DNA of 63,760 bases, counting the filler. It is 10 parts of 10 records of this genome, joined end to end, with 100 filler letters (N's around TTAATTAATTAA, not from the genome) between each part and the next. Parts side by side here need not be neighbours in the genome. Positions count along the whole stretch, not along the records: positions 58,720 to 63,760 come from SRR31156797_183981; 9 more parts are not named here. One strand, written 5' to 3'. A model generated the notes under the pieces. The model worked only from the letters and a program-made list of their open reading frames with translations. It was not told where the DNA came from and did no database searches. Position 1 is the stretch's first letter, and the number at the start of each line of letters is the position of its first letter. Made by a program: the position numbers and the translations under genes. Positions 61,921 to 63,760 of the stretch are shown piece after piece.

Positions 61921-62802
61921 GTGCTCCCTTACCCCTTCGAAGCCTGTGATGTCGTACGGATTAACCTCGGCACCGGTTTTACGCTTAACGTGAAAACCGT
62001 CCGTCTCCAAGAAGATTATGTCTGGTTTTTCGAATTGCCATCAGTCAAAGTATCGTTTTGGTTCTGCCTTTCAGGAAATGAGGAAACCACTTTTTTGGGA
62101 GATAGCAAGGACGCGACCATCAACCGGGGATCAGGCGGACTATTCCTGGGTGAAAGCGGTCTTAGAGGGGAAGCCAGGATCGCGGCCCGGACCCCTTTTC
62201 AAATCATCTCCATCCATATGGAACCCGCCGCCTTAAAAACTGTTTTGGGCAACGGATATGAAATCCTGCCTCAGCCATGCCGGCGGATTGCCGAAGAAGA
62301 TGGCGGGGGATGTTTTTTTCATTCCATGCCCATAACGCCAATGATCCGGGGCGCCCTGGAGCAGGTCCTGAATTGCCCCTTTGGAGAAGGAAGCAAGCAG
62401 CTATACGATGAAGGCAAAGCCTTGGAGATCGCCGCTTGCCTTCTCGAGAATATAAAATGCAGTCATGCTCCCAAACAGCCCCTCTCTGCTGCCGATATCG
62501 AGCGTATACACCATGCCAGGAAACTTCTCATGAGTGATGTTGTTCATCCACCGGGGCTTATGGAGCTTGCACGTTCGGTCGGGCTGCATCACTCCAAGCT
62601 GAACCGGGGGTTCAGGGAGGTATTCGGTAACACCGTTTTTGGCCATCTCAAGGAGACACGCCTCAAAAGGGCCATGGAACTCCTTTGCAAGGGCCGTATG
62701 AACTGTGCCGAAGTCTCTTTTTCGGTGGGCTATGACAACTTGAGCCATTTTGCAAAGGCATTTAAAGAACAGTTCGGCGCCAATCCAAGTTCATTCCTCT
62801 AA
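61921..62802 (+). CDS. PchR-like AraC regulator (5' end possibly truncated)
   Basis: FWFCLSG, EGKALEI, PPGLMELA and VGYDNLSHFAKAFKEQFG; weak GTG start. Confidence 0.85.
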   Translation: MLPYPFEACDVVRINLGTGFTLNVKTVRLQEDYVWFFELPSVKVSFWFCLSGNEETTFLGDSKDATINRGSGGLFLGESGLRGEARIAARTPFQIISIHMEPAALKTVLGNGYEILPQPCRRIAEEDGGGCFFHSMPITPMIRGALEQVLNCPFGEGSKQLYDEGKALEIAACLLENIKCSHAPKQPLSAADIERIHHARKLLMSDVVHPPGLMELARSVGLHHSKLNRGFREVFGNTVFGHLKETRLKRAMELLCKGRMNCAEVSFSVGYDNLSHFAKAFKEQFGANPSSFL

Positions 62803-62963
62803 TTTTCCCAACGATGGGGTTTACTCAACCCTATTCCAATCGATGGTGTCACCTGCCGTTATAGAAACGTCATCCACCATTAGACAACTCAAGGTCAAGG
62901 GAGTAAATCAGATTCCTCGGCGATTCGTTGTCTGGAGAGAATTTGAGAGGAACAGGAGCTGTT

Positions 62964-63760
62964 ATGAACAGGAAGAAACGTACACACCGGCTTTGCAGCA
63001 CGCTGATGGTGGCGGCATGTTTACTTTTTGCGGTACCCGTCGTTGAGGCGGAACAGGAGGGGACGGATTCATCCAAATTGGAAAAAAAAAGAACAGTTGG
63101 GGAGGATGACGGTTACGGCCCAGAAGCAGGAAGAAAACGTTCAGGATGTTCCGGTTGCTATTAGTGTGTTTTCCGGTCTAGAAATTGAGGACAAGATGGT
63201 CAATACCCTGGATGATATCGCCAAATACACCCCCGGTTTGACCATTATCAACTATGGGGGCGGCAGTGAAATATGCCCCGTCCATGCGTGGACTGTATGC
63301 AGGTCTCGGTTCACGAACCACTACGGTCGGACTGTTTGTTGACGGGATCCCCGTGACTGATGGCTCCGGGTTTGATGAAACGCTAATAGATATTGAACGT
63401 ATAGAGGTGCTCAAAGGGCCTCAGGGCACGTTATATGGAAAAAATACCGAGGTCGGTGCGATTAATGTTATTACCAGGCAGCCGTCAAACGAGACAAGGG
63501 CACGCATTACCGGTGAGCTTGGAGAAGATAATAAACGCAGCCTGGCCGCAACCGCAAGCGGGGCACTAATCAAAAATTTCATATTTTGGCCGATTCCATT
63601 TATGAATCACTTTCCCAGGAACTGAGAGCGAATTATGAAAATGACCGGATAAATCTGGTCGCCGGGCTCTATTTGGAAACGAGTGATACCCAGGTAGATA
63701 AAGACAGGGACACGGCCTGGGGCTATACAAAAATGCTTCAGGATATTGACAGTGATACCA
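62964..63760 (+). pseudogene. TonB-dependent receptor with two +1 homopolymer frameshifts and an internal deletion; runs off the window
   Basis: In order: signal peptide, A9 (63082-63090), MTVTAQKQEENVQDVP, G5 (63256-63260), ERIEVLKGPQGTLYG, then an out-of-frame junction near 63575 to SQELRA. Confidence 0.8.

Overview
The window is not one locus. It is a concatenation of ten unrelated contigs joined by an artificial N44-TTAATTAATTAA-N44 spacer (5537-5636, 10741-10840, 16246-16345, 24267-24366, 31357-31456, 38437-38536, 43762-43861, 51170-51269, 58620-58719), so gene neighbourhoods are meaningful only within a contig. Taxonomic labels are impressions from gene content and codon style. (1) PVC/planctomycete-like: FlgD-type secreted protein, thiE, a GH-like protein and a dienelactone hydrolase. 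(2) Clostridial: SLH-type surface proteins with DUF4430 and alpha/alpha-barrel modules. (3) Spirochaete-like: phosphodiester glycosidase, GT-A protein, aldo/keto reductase and AraC genes. (4) Alphaproteobacterial: nifJ, queG, a VUT transporter, an unannotated sigma54-driven sRNA candidate and REP-like repeats. (5) Alphaproteobacterial: TRAP, transhydrogenase, HD-GYP and PAS genes. (6) Desulfobacterota-like: PFOR tail, Dabb, rsgA, flavodoxin and an ABC system. (7) leuC-leuD-panB-TRAP operon. (8) Alphaproteobacterial suf operon, grxD, ROSE-like hsp20 and ptsN. (9) rplY-pth-hppA-carD-rluD-rho. (10) A decaying array of TonB-receptor/PchR-like AraC modules sharing a duplicated promoter. The most interesting signals are the sigma54/IHF-driven sRNA with a UUUCCUCCCU motif, the atypical LeuCD-PanB-TRAP operon, the split transcobalamin-like surface system and the TBDR/AraC graveyard.
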